A DNA stretch of 22,671 nucleotides from Coprothermobacterota bacterium (GTDB lineage: Bacteria > Coprothermobacterota > HKB111): contig JBBIUB010000013.1 in the NCBI GenBank assembly GCA_037440465.1, positions 1 to 22,671 of the forward strand. Reading direction: 5' to 3'. Shown piece after piece: positions 1 through 8,233 of the stretch; the stretch's first letter is position 1, and each line of letters opens with the position of its first letter. Both the position numbers and the translations under genes were made by a program. A model generated the notes under the pieces. The model worked only from the letters and a program-made list of their open reading frames with translations, made no database searches and was not told the DNA's origin.

Positions 1-2
1 AT

Positions 3-30
3 GTGACGAGTGACGGGTGACAAGTGAAGG
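3..30. repeat. Heptamer tandem repeat (GTGACRR-like x4)
   Basis: gtgacga gtgacgg gtgacaa gtgaagg; may continue beyond the window edge. Confidence 0.7.
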
Positions 31-45
31 AATTCCTCTTTGTTA

Positions 46-83
46 CTCTCCTCCCTTGGCGGGGTGAGGCTGGAGGAGGGGGT
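46..83 (-). repeat. GC-rich REP-like element (CCCCCTC..CCTC.CCCC-loop-GGGAG family)
   Basis: Minus strand reads ACCCCCTCCTCCAGCCTCACCCCGCCAAGGGAGGAGAG, similar in architecture to the element at 2834-2868. Confidence 0.6.
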
Positions 84-190
84 TGATATGGTAGAAAAAA
101 ATTTAGGAGTTTGATAAAAGAAACTGGATTGTTGCGCTTCGTTTACAATGACAAAAAAATATAAGGCTCTCAATGAAAAAAAGTAGTAAT

Positions 191-290
191 GAGACCCTGA
201 AACGACCCTGAATCAAGTTCAAGGCATGGTTTAGGGTGACAGGATTTATTTGCTTCAGGATGACTGAAAGGATAGCAAATTCAGGATGAC
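191..290 (+). repeat. Cluster of REP-like palindromes ending in RTGAC (CCTGAA..TTCAGGATGAC family)
   Basis: Nested copy at 191-240; half copies TTCAGGATGAC at 254-264 and AAATTCAGGATGAC at 277-290. Confidence 0.7.
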
Positions 291-325
291 AAGATTAGGG
301 ATGCTGAATTAAAACAAAGACAATT

Positions 326-811
326 TTAATTTTTTTGTTCATCCCACCATTTTCTATACTCTTCTGGGTCGCCTTTAAAGTAATAAGTAGAGCAAAGAGT
401 AGGTGGGTATTGGCCTGCTTTGAAGCCTTCAATAAGAAACATGGCTTCGTTTCCTACGGTGGATGTTTGGTTGAAGGGATAATAGGAGCTGATTATTGAG
501 ACTACAGATGCAGCTGGTTCTTGAGAGTCTATCAGTTCTATAAGCTTATTGACATGTTCTCCCTTTATCCAACCCTGTGGAGGGTAGTTTTCAATAGTGA
601 ACGGTTTATCGGGATGTTTTTTAAGGATGTTGAGAAAATCAATGGGGTTAACCTTAGACCAGTTGGGATGATAAACATCTGCTTGATTCTGGTTTTGCCT
701 GTGACTTAAAAAATAATTAAAGGCAACTACAACTACAATAGAAACTATAGCTATTACAAGCAAAACCATAATATTTTTCAAAGTGTTTTCACTCAGCTTC
801 ATTGGTATCAT
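326..811 (-). CDS. Hypothetical protein with N-terminal membrane anchor
   Basis: 161-aa ORF; hydrophobic stretch IMVLLVIAIVSIVVVVAF; GGAGG Shine-Dalgarno upstream; no family recognised. Confidence 0.8.
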   Translation of the reverse strand: MIPMKLSENTLKNIMVLLVIAIVSIVVVVAFNYFLSHRQNQNQADVYHPNWSKVNPIDFLNILKKHPDKPFTIENYPPQGWIKGEHVNKLIELIDSQEPAASVVSIISSYYPFNQTSTVGNEAMFLIEGFKAGQYPPTLCSTYYFKGDPEEYRKWWDEQKN

Positions 812-838
812 TTAACCTCCCTCTATATATCTTTTAAA

Positions 839-847
839 ATTATACCA
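839..847 (-). promoter_or_regulatory. Extended -10 promoter element (TGgTATAAT)
   Basis: Perfect TATAAT preceded by TGn, about 30 nt upstream of the start at 811. Confidence 0.6.
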
Positions 848-1040
848 CTCTTGCACTGAAAGCACGAATCCTGACCTTCTATAAAAAATAATTTTCTGGT
901 AAAATGACTGGTTCCCTAAAATAAGTTTTCCCAAAAAGAGGGCTGTAGGTTATCGATAAATTCGCAATTCAACTATAACCAGCTCGTTTTTCCTGGTGAG
1001 TAAACGATTCGTTTCAAAAGGTGTCAAGATAACCTCTATT

Positions 1041-1496
1041 TTACTTATAGTGTCCTCTGTAATTTTCATAATCTGGAATGAGGCGGTGATAATCACCAGA
1101 CATTAAAGTTGATGAAATCATAAAATCAGCTGTAGCTCTATTGCAGGCAACAGGAGTATTCCAAACCACAGCAATTCGCAGGAGGGCTTTAACATCAGGA
1201 TCATGAGAGAGGGATTCAAGTGGATCCCAAAAAAATATCAGAAAATCTATTTCTCCTTCGGCAATCTTCGCTCCTATCTGTTGGTCACCACCTAAGGGAC
1301 CGCTCTTTAATTTATTTATCTCTATACTGAGTTCTTGTTCTATTAATTTTCCTGTATTTCCCGTTGCATACAGTTTGTGTTTAAAAAGGGCATCTTTGTT
1401 AAACTTCACCCATTCCAACAAATCAAGCTTTTTATTGTCGTGGGCTACAAGAGCGATTTTCTTGATCTCTCTTATAGGTAAGCTTTTGTATTCCAT
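1041..1496 (-). CDS. mgsA: Methylglyoxal synthase
   Basis: [26 protein letters not shown] and [13 protein letters not shown] motifs; AAGGAGG SD. Confidence 0.97.
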   Translation of the reverse strand: MEYKSLPIREIKKIALVAHDNKKLDLLEWVKFNKDALFKHKLYATGNTGKLIEQELSIEINKLKSGPLGGDQQIGAKIAEGEIDFLIFFWDPLESLSHDPDVKALLRIAVVWNTPVACNRATADFMISSTLMSGDYHRLIPDYENYRGHYK

Positions 1497-1566
1497 AAAA
1501 CTTCTCTACCTCCTTTCCTGGTAAAATCTTATTCGTTTAAATTATTCCTAAGATGCAGTCTTTCTG

Positions 1567-1575
1567 ATTATATCA
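1567..1575 (-). promoter_or_regulatory. Extended -10 promoter element for mgsA (TGaTATAAT)
   Basis: Perfect TATAAT with TGn; shares the AAGAGTGRTATAAT context with the element at 839-847. Confidence 0.55.
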
Positions 1576-1711
1576 CTCTTATTATAAAATGGGTTTTTTA
1601 AACCTGGGTATTGAATTGTGTTAGAAATTAAAATAAATTGACTCCTTTACGATTCATTAGTGGACTCCGGGATATTCATTTAATGAAATCATAGAGAATA
1701 AGTGAAAAAGA

Positions 1712-1800
1712 GAGATCCTGAAATAATGCTGAACAAAGTTCAACACGAGATTCAGAAGGATGACAATAAAATAGCAAGTTCAGGGTATGGTTCAGAATAA
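1712..1800 (+). repeat. REP-like nested palindrome plus half copy (CCTGAA..TTCAG..ATGAC family)
   Basis: GAGATCCTGAAAT[AATGCTGAACAAAGTTCAACACGAG]ATTCAGAAGGATGAC at 1712-1764; ATAGCAAGTTCAGGGTATGGTTCAG at 1771-1795. Confidence 0.65.
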
Positions 1801-1875
1801 AAAAATTGGGTACCACGGGAGTACACTTTTCAAGAAAAACAGCCTACTTTTGAATCGTTTCTAACATCTTGGTAT

Positions 1876-2400
1876 TTAATCAGTTTTAGTGGATTTACCC
1901 TTAGATTTTACAGGAAAGAGGGGCAAGGTTAAATTCTTCGGAATGGGTTTCTTCTTTTTCTCTTTTATTTGATTCATAATCGGTCGCTGAATACCCTTGC
2001 TTTTCATAATAAAACTCCAGAGGTCTTCTAACTGATGGTCTTCCAGGTTCAACTCTATAAGCAGCTCGTCAACAGTTGACTTGCAGTGCTTTGATGCCCT
2101 GTCAAGTACCCTCCAGGCTGTATCCTTACTAACCCCAGTTGCCACAGCTACGTCTCTAATGCTCTTTCCTTTTGCTAAAGTAGTAATAACACTTCCAAGT
2201 GTTTTTGAATCCAAATGAAGGTGAAAAAACGGGGTTCCTCTGCTGGAACTAAACCTTTTACCGCAGGTTTTACATCTTAAAAGAGGGGTTTTGTTTTTTC
2301 CGTAGTAAGTAGTAATAACAATATTGCCCCGACTCTTCAAGCCAAAGTCACTGCAATCTTTATTATCGCAAGAATACTTGTTTAAATCTAATTCTTCCAT
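1876..2400 (-). CDS. IS1-family InsA-like zinc-ribbon + HTH protein, no catalytic DDE partner seen
   Basis: CDNKDC...CKTCGKRFS zinc ribbon; GKSIRDVAVATGVSKDTAWRVL HTH; QLEDLWSF where IS1 transposases have QxDExWxF; Lys/Pro-rich tail. Confidence 0.8.
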   Translation of the reverse strand: MEELDLNKYSCDNKDCSDFGLKSRGNIVITTYYGKNKTPLLRCKTCGKRFSSSRGTPFFHLHLDSKTLGSVITTLAKGKSIRDVAVATGVSKDTAWRVLDRASKHCKSTVDELLIELNLEDHQLEDLWSFIMKSKGIQRPIMNQIKEKKKKPIPKNLTLPLFPVKSKGKSTKTD

Positions 2401-2435
2401 ATTTTTATACTCCTGAATATCCTTTCCCTATTCAA

Positions 2436-2444
2436 AGTATACCA
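2436..2444 (-). promoter_or_regulatory. Extended -10 promoter (TGgTATACT) of the InsA-like gene
   Basis: TGGTATACT about 36 nt upstream of the ATG; no good -35 at 17-bp spacing; AGGAG SD. Confidence 0.55.
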
Positions 2445-2448
2445 TATT

Positions 2449-2599
2449 TTACAATAATTTAATGACAATAAAAATAATAAGAAATATCAATATTACAACA
2501 AATTAATGACAAGTTATTTAAATGGTTATAAGGTTACTAACAACTTATTAACATATGTTAATAAGTAAATAGTTTAAGTGTTACAATAAATTAATGACA
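2449..2599. repeat. Three 19-bp direct repeats TTACAAYAAWTTAATGACA
   Basis: Copies at 2449-2467, 2493-2511 and 2581-2599 (offsets 44 and 88 bp); degenerate fourth copy at about 2534-2553. Confidence 0.85.
2543..2566. promoter_or_regulatory. Perfect 24-bp palindrome built from DnaA-box-like 9-mers
   Basis: ACTTATTAACAT|ATGTTAATAAGT; contains TTATTAACA and TGTTAATAA (7/9 to TTATCCACA). Confidence 0.6.
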
Positions 2600-2743
2600 T
2601 AGTATTTTCAAGGATATGATAATCAAATCCAAAATGTACAAAATTTACATAATGTAAAATGGCTTTAATTCGCCGTTTTAACTCACAAAATGATGCTTAT
2701 GATGTACTTCTTTAATATAATACAAATTAATAAAAAATAGAGG

Positions 2744-2759
2744 GGTTTCACGTGAAAAA
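2744..2759. promoter_or_regulatory. parS-like site
   Basis: GGTTTCACGTGAAAAA matches 14/16 of the consensus TGTTTCACGTGAAACA; intergenic. Confidence 0.7.
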
Positions 2760-2833
2760 TGATGAAATTATTGATTAGAAAAAGGGACTTTTTTCTATCC
2801 ATAGAATCTTTAGGTTAAACTCGAGAGTATAGG

Positions 2834-2868
2834 CCCCCTCACCCTACCCTCTCCTGCGAGGGGAGAGG
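2834..2868 (+). repeat. GC-rich REP-like hairpin downstream of hypE
   Basis: CCCCCTCACCCTACCCTCTCCTGCGAGGGGAGAGG with a CCTCTCC/GGAGAGG stem; could also stabilise or terminate the operon mRNA. Confidence 0.7.
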
Positions 2869-2914
2869 AAATTATCAAGGCATAAACCCCTTACGCGAAG
2901 TGAGAGTAGGTTTT

Positions 2915-3940
2915 TTAACAGATGCGGGGGAGAAGTTCCCCAGCAGGCATACTGACAACCCGTTGGGTACCCAGGTTTGTATGCATTACTACCAGCCCCG
3001 AGTGATTTGAAGTAAGTGTACCTATAATTCGGGCTTCCCTACCCTGGTGATGGTTAGTCAGGGTTTCCAGGACCTTTTGAGAATCTTCCATGGCTACTAC
3101 AACAATAAGCTTTCCTTCGTTAGCAAGGTAGAGAGGGTCTAAACCCAGCATTTCACAGCCAATCCTGACAGGTTCTCTTACAGGTATAGAAGTTTCATAA
3201 ATCTTAACACCTACACCAGAAGCTAAAGAAATCTCATTTAATGTAGTACCCAGGCCACCTCTGGTGGGGTCTCTCAGAATATGAATATTAGAGGAGGCCT
3301 TAAGAAGCTCTTCCACCAGACCGTTTAGAGGAGCACAGTCGCTTTCTATGGAAGTTGAAAAATTTAAACCTTCTCTCTGGCTTATGATAGCCATTCCATG
3401 GTCACCAATGGTACCGTTTATAAGTATAATATCTCCTTCCCTGCCATTTTTATTAGATATGTCCACTCCTGGTGGAACCACCCCTATACCTGAAGTGTTA
3501 ATGAAAAGTTTGTCTGCTGCACCTTTTTCCACAACTTTAGTATCACCAGTTATGATTCTTACCCCTGTTTCTTTGGCTACTCTTGCCATGGAGGCAACAA
3601 TTTGCTCCAGTTCTCTAATAGAAAGACCTTCTTCTATGATGAAGCCTACGCTCAGGTATAGAGGTCGGGCTCCCCTCATGGAAAGGTCATTTATGGTTCC
3701 GCAAATTGCCAGCTTACCGATATCTCCACCTGGGAAGAAAATTGGCTTAACAACATAGCTATCGGTACTGAAAGCCAGTTTTCCAACATAAATATTCTCT
3801 ATGAGGCTGGCATCTTCAAGGCCTTTAAGTACAGGGTCATTAAAGTATTTAAGGAAGAGCTCCTGGATAAGTTCGTGACTTAATCTTCCACCGCTTCCGT
3901 GGGCTAAAAGAATGATGTCTTTATTATGAATAGTAGACAT
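2915..3940 (-). CDS. hypE: Hydrogenase maturation carbamoyl dehydratase HypE
   Basis: LAHGSGG, TDSYVVKP, TGDTKVV, RDPTRGG, C-terminal PRIC. Start placed at ATG 3940 (TAATG overlap with hypD stop) rather than 4006. Confidence 0.97.
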   Translation of the reverse strand: MSTIHNKDIILLAHGSGGRLSHELIQELFLKYFNDPVLKGLEDASLIENIYVGKLAFSTDSYVVKPIFFPGGDIGKLAICGTINDLSMRGARPLYLSVGFIIEEGLSIRELEQIVASMARVAKETGVRIITGDTKVVEKGAADKLFINTSGIGVVPPGVDISNKNGREGDIILINGTIGDHGMAIISQREGLNFSTSIESDCAPLNGLVEELLKASSNIHILRDPTRGGLGTTLNEISLASGVGVKIYETSIPVREPVRIGCEMLGLDPLYLANEGKLIVVVAMEDSQKVLETLTNHHQGREARIIGTLTSNHSGLVVMHTNLGTQRVVSMPAGELLPRIC

Positions 3941-5064
3941 TAGAGGGGAGTGTGGGGAGGGAATGTTGGAAGGTCGTAATTCCCGTAAAGATAATAAGCT
4001 GAGCAAGCTCCTTCAGAAGATACCATGCAAGGACCTAAAGGATTATCTGGAGAACAGACTTTTTTAAACAGCTGGCATTGTGGTGGGTCTATAACTCCCC
4101 TCAAAACTTCCCCACAACGACAGTTGAGATTATCTTCAATTTCAGCTTTGAAGGTTGGCATAAATTTAAGAAAAGCATCATAATGACTATATTTATCTTT
4201 AAGCTTTAGGCCACTTCCTGGTATTTCTCCTAATCCCCGCCATAAGGCTGGAGATGTCTCAAAAACATCATACATTATTTTTATAGCTGAAGGATTTCCT
4301 TCTTTTTTAACGCTTCTCATATAAGCGTTAGCCCCCCGGGGTCTACCTTCAATACACTGCTCAACCAGTTTTTCTATTCCTAGTAGAATATCAAAAGGCT
4401 CAAAACCAGCAACCACAAAGGGTACGCCATATTCCAGAGGTAGAAATTCCCAGGCTTTGCTTCCTATCACGGTGCTTACATGCCCAGGCCCTATAATCCC
4501 GTCAAGATGTACTTCTCCCAGATTGAGAATGGCTCTGGTAGCAGGTGGGGTCAACTTGTGCATTGAAAAAATAAAGAAATTCTCAAGACCTTCTTTTTCA
4601 GCTTGAAGAATAGCTGCAGAAACAGTGGGTGTGGTGGTTTCAAACCCAATTCCCAGGAAGATAATAGGTCGTTCTTTATTTTCACGAGCTATCTTTAATG
4701 CATCCAGAGTAGAGTAAACAATCCTTATATCTGCTCCTTCTGCTTTTGCTGTCTGGAGACTTTTCCCACCACTTCCAGGCACTTTGAGGAGGTCGCCAAA
4801 AGTGGTTATTATTACACCCGAAATTCTGGCTAAAGAAAGAGAAAGGTTTATATCTCTACTGTCAGTTACACAAACAGGACAGCCAGGACCAGACAGCATC
4901 TTTATATCCTCTGGTAAAAGTTGTCTTATGCCGTATTTAAAAACAGCATGGGTATGCGTTCCACAAAACTCCATGAAGTTAAGAGGTTTTCCCTCATAAC
5001 TTCTGATTATTTTAACTAACCTTCGAGATAAGGCAGGGTCTCTGAAAGAGCTAAGTATTTCCAT
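3940..5064 (-). CDS. hypD: Hydrogenase maturation protein HypD
   Basis: MEFCGTHT, GPGCPVCV, GFETT, PGHVS, CRC..C..GPCMVSSEGAC. Start placed at ATG 5064 (MEILSSFRDP). Confidence 0.97.
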   Translation of the reverse strand: MEILSSFRDPALSRRLVKIIRSYEGKPLNFMEFCGTHTHAVFKYGIRQLLPEDIKMLSGPGCPVCVTDSRDINLSLSLARISGVIITTFGDLLKVPGSGGKSLQTAKAEGADIRIVYSTLDALKIARENKERPIIFLGIGFETTTPTVSAAILQAEKEGLENFFIFSMHKLTPPATRAILNLGEVHLDGIIGPGHVSTVIGSKAWEFLPLEYGVPFVVAGFEPFDILLGIEKLVEQCIEGRPRGANAYMRSVKKEGNPSAIKIMYDVFETSPALWRGLGEIPGSGLKLKDKYSHYDAFLKFMPTFKAEIEDNLNCRCGEVLRGVIDPPQCQLFKKVCSPDNPLGPCMVSSEGACSAYYLYGNYDLPTFPPHTPL

Positions 5065-5275
5065 TTTCTTCCATGGAGGCAAAGAGGGCAAGAGTATCCT
5101 CTGCTTCTTTTAGGCTTAGAACACTCATGGAGTAACCTGCGTGGATTAATACATAATCCCCTACTCTAGCTTCGGGTGTGAAAATTAGGCTGACTGTGCG
5201 GCTTACACTGCCAAAGTCAACTTCTCCTTCTTCACCATTTATATTTTTAATACAAGCTGGAATTGCTAAGCACAT
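5051..5275 (-). CDS. hypC: Hydrogenase assembly chaperone HypC
   Basis: N-terminal MCLAIP; VGDYVLIHAG. Confidence 0.97.
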   Translation of the reverse strand: MCLAIPACIKNINGEEGEVDFGSVSRTVSLIFTPEARVGDYVLIHAGYSMSVLSLKEAEDTLALFASMEENGNT

Positions 5276-7628
5276 TGGCTATCACCGCCTGTCCTAAGGA
5301 TAATCCTCCATCATTGGTAGGTACCTGTCTGTGGAAGAAGGGTTCAAATCTATCTTTTCTTAAGAGGTTTAAGCTTTTTTGGAGTAAAAGTCTATTTTGA
5401 AAACAACCACCACTTAAAACAACTTTATTTATACCCGTTTCCTTTCTTATTAGCCGGGACATACTTAGAATCATAAAGGCTAAGGTGTTGTGGAATTTAA
5501 GACCGATATCGCTTGGGGGTACTCCATTTTCTATATCGTCGTAGATGGCTTGGAAGAGGTCTTTCAGGTTGAAGAGATATTTGGGTTCATCCCCCAACAC
5601 TTCTCTCCCCCGCATGGGGGAAGGAGTAGAATACGGTGTACTTACCGATAAGGTGGGAGGAGATGGATTGATTGTGAAGGGGTAAGATGTGTTGTCATCT
5701 ACATTTCCCTTCTCTGAAATCATTTCTAATTCCACTGCTGCCTGACTTTCGTAGGTAACTTCCTGGCAAATATCAAGAAGGCTAGACACTGCATCAAAAA
5801 GCCTACCGCAGGAAGAAGTTAGGGGCGTATTAATTCCCATCTCTATTTGAATCTTTAATAACTGAGTTTCTTCAGGAGATATCCTGTTAAAAACTGGCAA
5901 ATCGTCGGGGATAAAACCCAGAAGCTTTTTCATATAAGAATAAGCTAAACGGTAAGGCTTTCTACCAGCCAGGTCTCCCCCAGGTACAGATAAATATTCT
6001 AAATGACCTATTCTCTCATAACCTTTATAGTCTACCAGCATGAACTCACCACCCCATAGTTGACCATCTGTACCATAACCCAGGCCATCCAGAGCTACAC
6101 CTATTACAGTTTCATCCAGATCATGTTCAGCCATACAGGAAGCAATGTGAGCGTGATGGTGCTGGATTCCTATAAGGGGGAGTTCATCTTTAAATCTTAG
6201 TGCATATTGTGTAGAAAAATAGTCAGGATGGAGGTCATAGGCAATTACTTCTGGTTTCAAACGAAAGAGCCTCTGGTAAATCTCCACATTATTTTTAAAG
6301 TGGGTGAAGGTCCTGTAATCTTCCAGGTCACCATTATGCTGGCTTAAGAAAGCGTAACCATCCTTTATAAAACAGAAGGTGTTTTTAAGGTCAGCTCCAC
6401 AAGCTAATACTATCTTATCTTCTTTTAGATTAACTTTTACAGGTGAGGGTGCATAGCTTCTGGCTCGTCTTACCGGGTATGGCTGGTCTTCAAAGACCGT
6501 ATAGACACTATCGTCATAACAGGTATAGATATCTCTATTATGAAAAAGGAAGAAGTCGGCTAAATCTTTGAGTCTTTCAAGAGCTTCTTCGTTTTCGTAG
6601 GCAATGGGCTCCTCAGAGAGATTTCCACTGGTCATTATTAGGGGTTCTTCAAATTCACTCATAAGAAGATGGTGTATAGGTGTATAAGGCAGCATAACAC
6701 CAAGGTAGTTGTTATTAGGGGTAACTGATTGAGCAACTGGTGAGTTTTCCCTTTTTCTTAAAAGGACGATAGGAACCTGAGGTGTAGTTAATAACTTTCT
6801 TTCTTCTTCATTGACATAGCAGTGTTTTTCTACCTGAGGTAAATCTATCATCATCAATGCAAATGGCTTATAAGGCCGTCTCTTTCTTTCTCTCAATAAT
6901 TTTACTGTCTTTCCATTTTGAGCATCGCAAGCCAGGTGAAAGCCACCAAGACCTTTGATAGCCACAATATATCCTTTCTTCAAAAAGTTGCTTGTTTCAA
7001 TTACTGGTTCTTCTGTATTTATCTTCTTTCCATCGGTTGTGGTTAGAAAAAGGTGTGGTCCACAGGTAGGGCAGGCATTGGGTTGGGCATGGAATCGACG
7101 ATTCAATGGATTGTCAAACTCTTCCTGACAGGTGGGACACATAGGAAAGGAAGACATAGTGGTACTGGCTCTATCATAGGGTATATCCTTAATGATGGTG
7201 AATCGGGGACCACAGTTGGTGCAGTTTATAAAGGGGTAACGGTAACGGCGGTCAATTGGGTCAAAGAGTTCCCTGAGACAGTCCGAGCATAGAGCAATGT
7301 CAGGAGATATAAGCTGGTACCCATAATCTTTTCTACTCTCCCTTATTTCAAAGGCATGATATCCTCTGGCTTCTCCGTCTTCAGTAACTAAAGATTCAAT
7401 GCGGGAAATAGGTGGAGCTTCCAATCTGAGGCTTGCAAGAAATTTCTTTAGGTTAGAGGGAGTACCTTCCACTTCTAACTCCACACCACTGGAAGTGTTT
7501 ATTATCCAGCCTTTAAGTTGATATTTAGTTGCCAGGCGGTAAATAAATGGACGAAAACCAACACCCTGAACGATACCTTTGATGTTTATCTTTTTCAGGA
7601 CAGGTACTTCCGTAACCACACCATCCAT
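5247..7628 (-). CDS. hypF: Carbamoyltransferase HypF
   Basis: Acylphosphatase GIVQGVGFRPF; two zinc fingers (CSDC..CTNC, CPTC..CPTC); KGLGGFHL; QHHHAH; DGGLSLGQ. Confidence 0.97.
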   Translation of the reverse strand: MDGVVTEVPVLKKINIKGIVQGVGFRPFIYRLATKYQLKGWIINTSSGVELEVEGTPSNLKKFLASLRLEAPPISRIESLVTEDGEARGYHAFEIRESRKDYGYQLISPDIALCSDCLRELFDPIDRRYRYPFINCTNCGPRFTIIKDIPYDRASTTMSSFPMCPTCQEEFDNPLNRRFHAQPNACPTCGPHLFLTTTDGKKINTEEPVIETSNFLKKGYIVAIKGLGGFHLACDAQNGKTVKLLRERKRRPYKPFALMMIDLPQVEKHCYVNEEERKLLTTPQVPIVLLRKRENSPVAQSVTPNNNYLGVMLPYTPIHHLLMSEFEEPLIMTSGNLSEEPIAYENEEALERLKDLADFFLFHNRDIYTCYDDSVYTVFEDQPYPVRRARSYAPSPVKVNLKEDKIVLACGADLKNTFCFIKDGYAFLSQHNGDLEDYRTFTHFKNNVEIYQRLFRLKPEVIAYDLHPDYFSTQYALRFKDELPLIGIQHHHAHIASCMAEHDLDETVIGVALDGLGYGTDGQLWGGEFMLVDYKGYERIGHLEYLSVPGGDLAGRKPYRLAYSYMKKLLGFIPDDLPVFNRISPEETQLLKIQIEMGINTPLTSSCGRLFDAVSSLLDICQEVTYESQAAVELEMISEKGNVDDNTSYPFTINPSPPTLSVSTPYSTPSPMRGREVLGDEPKYLFNLKDLFQAIYDDIENGVPPSDIGLKFHNTLAFMILSMSRLIRKETGINKVVLSGGCFQNRLLLQKSLNLLRKDRFEPFFHRQVPTNDGGLSLGQAVIANVLSNSSLY

Positions 7629-8233
7629 TCTTCTATCCCTTCTCCTGTTTTACAGGAGACTTTAAATATTGGTACTTTCATATTTATAGCTCTCACGCCC
7701 CTTTCATACTTTTCCATATTAAAGTCCACAAAAGGGATAAGGTCAATCTTGTTAATAATAATAGCTTGAGCCACAGTAAATATCTGGGGATATTTATAGG
7801 GTTTGTCGTCTCCCTCAGGTATACTGGAAAGTACAATTTTAAGGTCTTCTCCAAGGTCAAAAGGAGCCGGGCAGACAAGATTTCCCACATTCTCTATGAA
7901 TAGAATCTTACATCTTCCAAAAGTTACCTGCTCCAATGCTCTTTTGACCATGGAAGCATTTAGATGGCAGCTACCACCAGTGTTTATCTGTACTGCAGGA
8001 ATACCATGAGATTTCAGCGTATCTGTATCAATGGAAGAAGCTATATCCCCTTCTATTACTGCAAATGGTACATCCAGCGTAGTAAGTGTATTTAGAATTA
8101 GACTGGTCTTTCCTGCACCAGGTGAGGCCATAAGATTAATTGTTAGAACGCCTTTCTCTTTTAAAAAACTTCGGTTCAATAAAGCAATCTCTTTGTTTTT
8201 CTTTAAAACATCACTTTCTACTCTTACCCGCAA
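7595..8233 (-). CDS. hypB: Nickel incorporation GTPase HypB
   Basis: SPGAGKT P-loop, GSCHL, ENVGNLVCPA, EGDDKPYKYP, NKID; TTG start with GAGG SD; no His-rich N-terminus. Confidence 0.97.
   Translation of the reverse strand: MRVRVESDVLKKNKEIALLNRSFLKEKGVLTINLMASPGAGKTSLILNTLTTLDVPFAVIEGDIASSIDTDTLKSHGIPAVQINTGGSCHLNASMVKRALEQVTFGRCKILFIENVGNLVCPAPFDLGEDLKIVLSSIPEGDDKPYKYPQIFTVAQAIIINKIDLIPFVDFNMEKYERGVRAINMKVPIFKVSCKTGEGIEEWMVWLRKYLS

Noticed and set aside
938..985. Imperfect hairpin (GGTTAT..ATAACC) between mgsA and the hypothetical gene as a riboswitch or sRNA
   Set aside because: Short stem and no riboswitch consensus that I recognise
2449..2599. 19-bp repeats as a mini CRISPR array
   Set aside because: Repeats are short and non-palindromic, spacers are 25 and 69 bp and AT-rich, and no cas genes are present
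2400..2830. Calling this region oriC
   Set aside because: No perfect DnaA boxes, no dnaA/dnaN/gidA neighbours and no switch in gene orientation across it
3941..4006. N-terminal extension of HypE given by the ORF track (likewise HypD 5065-5091)
   Set aside because: They overlap upstream genes; family similarity starts at the downstream ATGs, which give typical coupled overlaps
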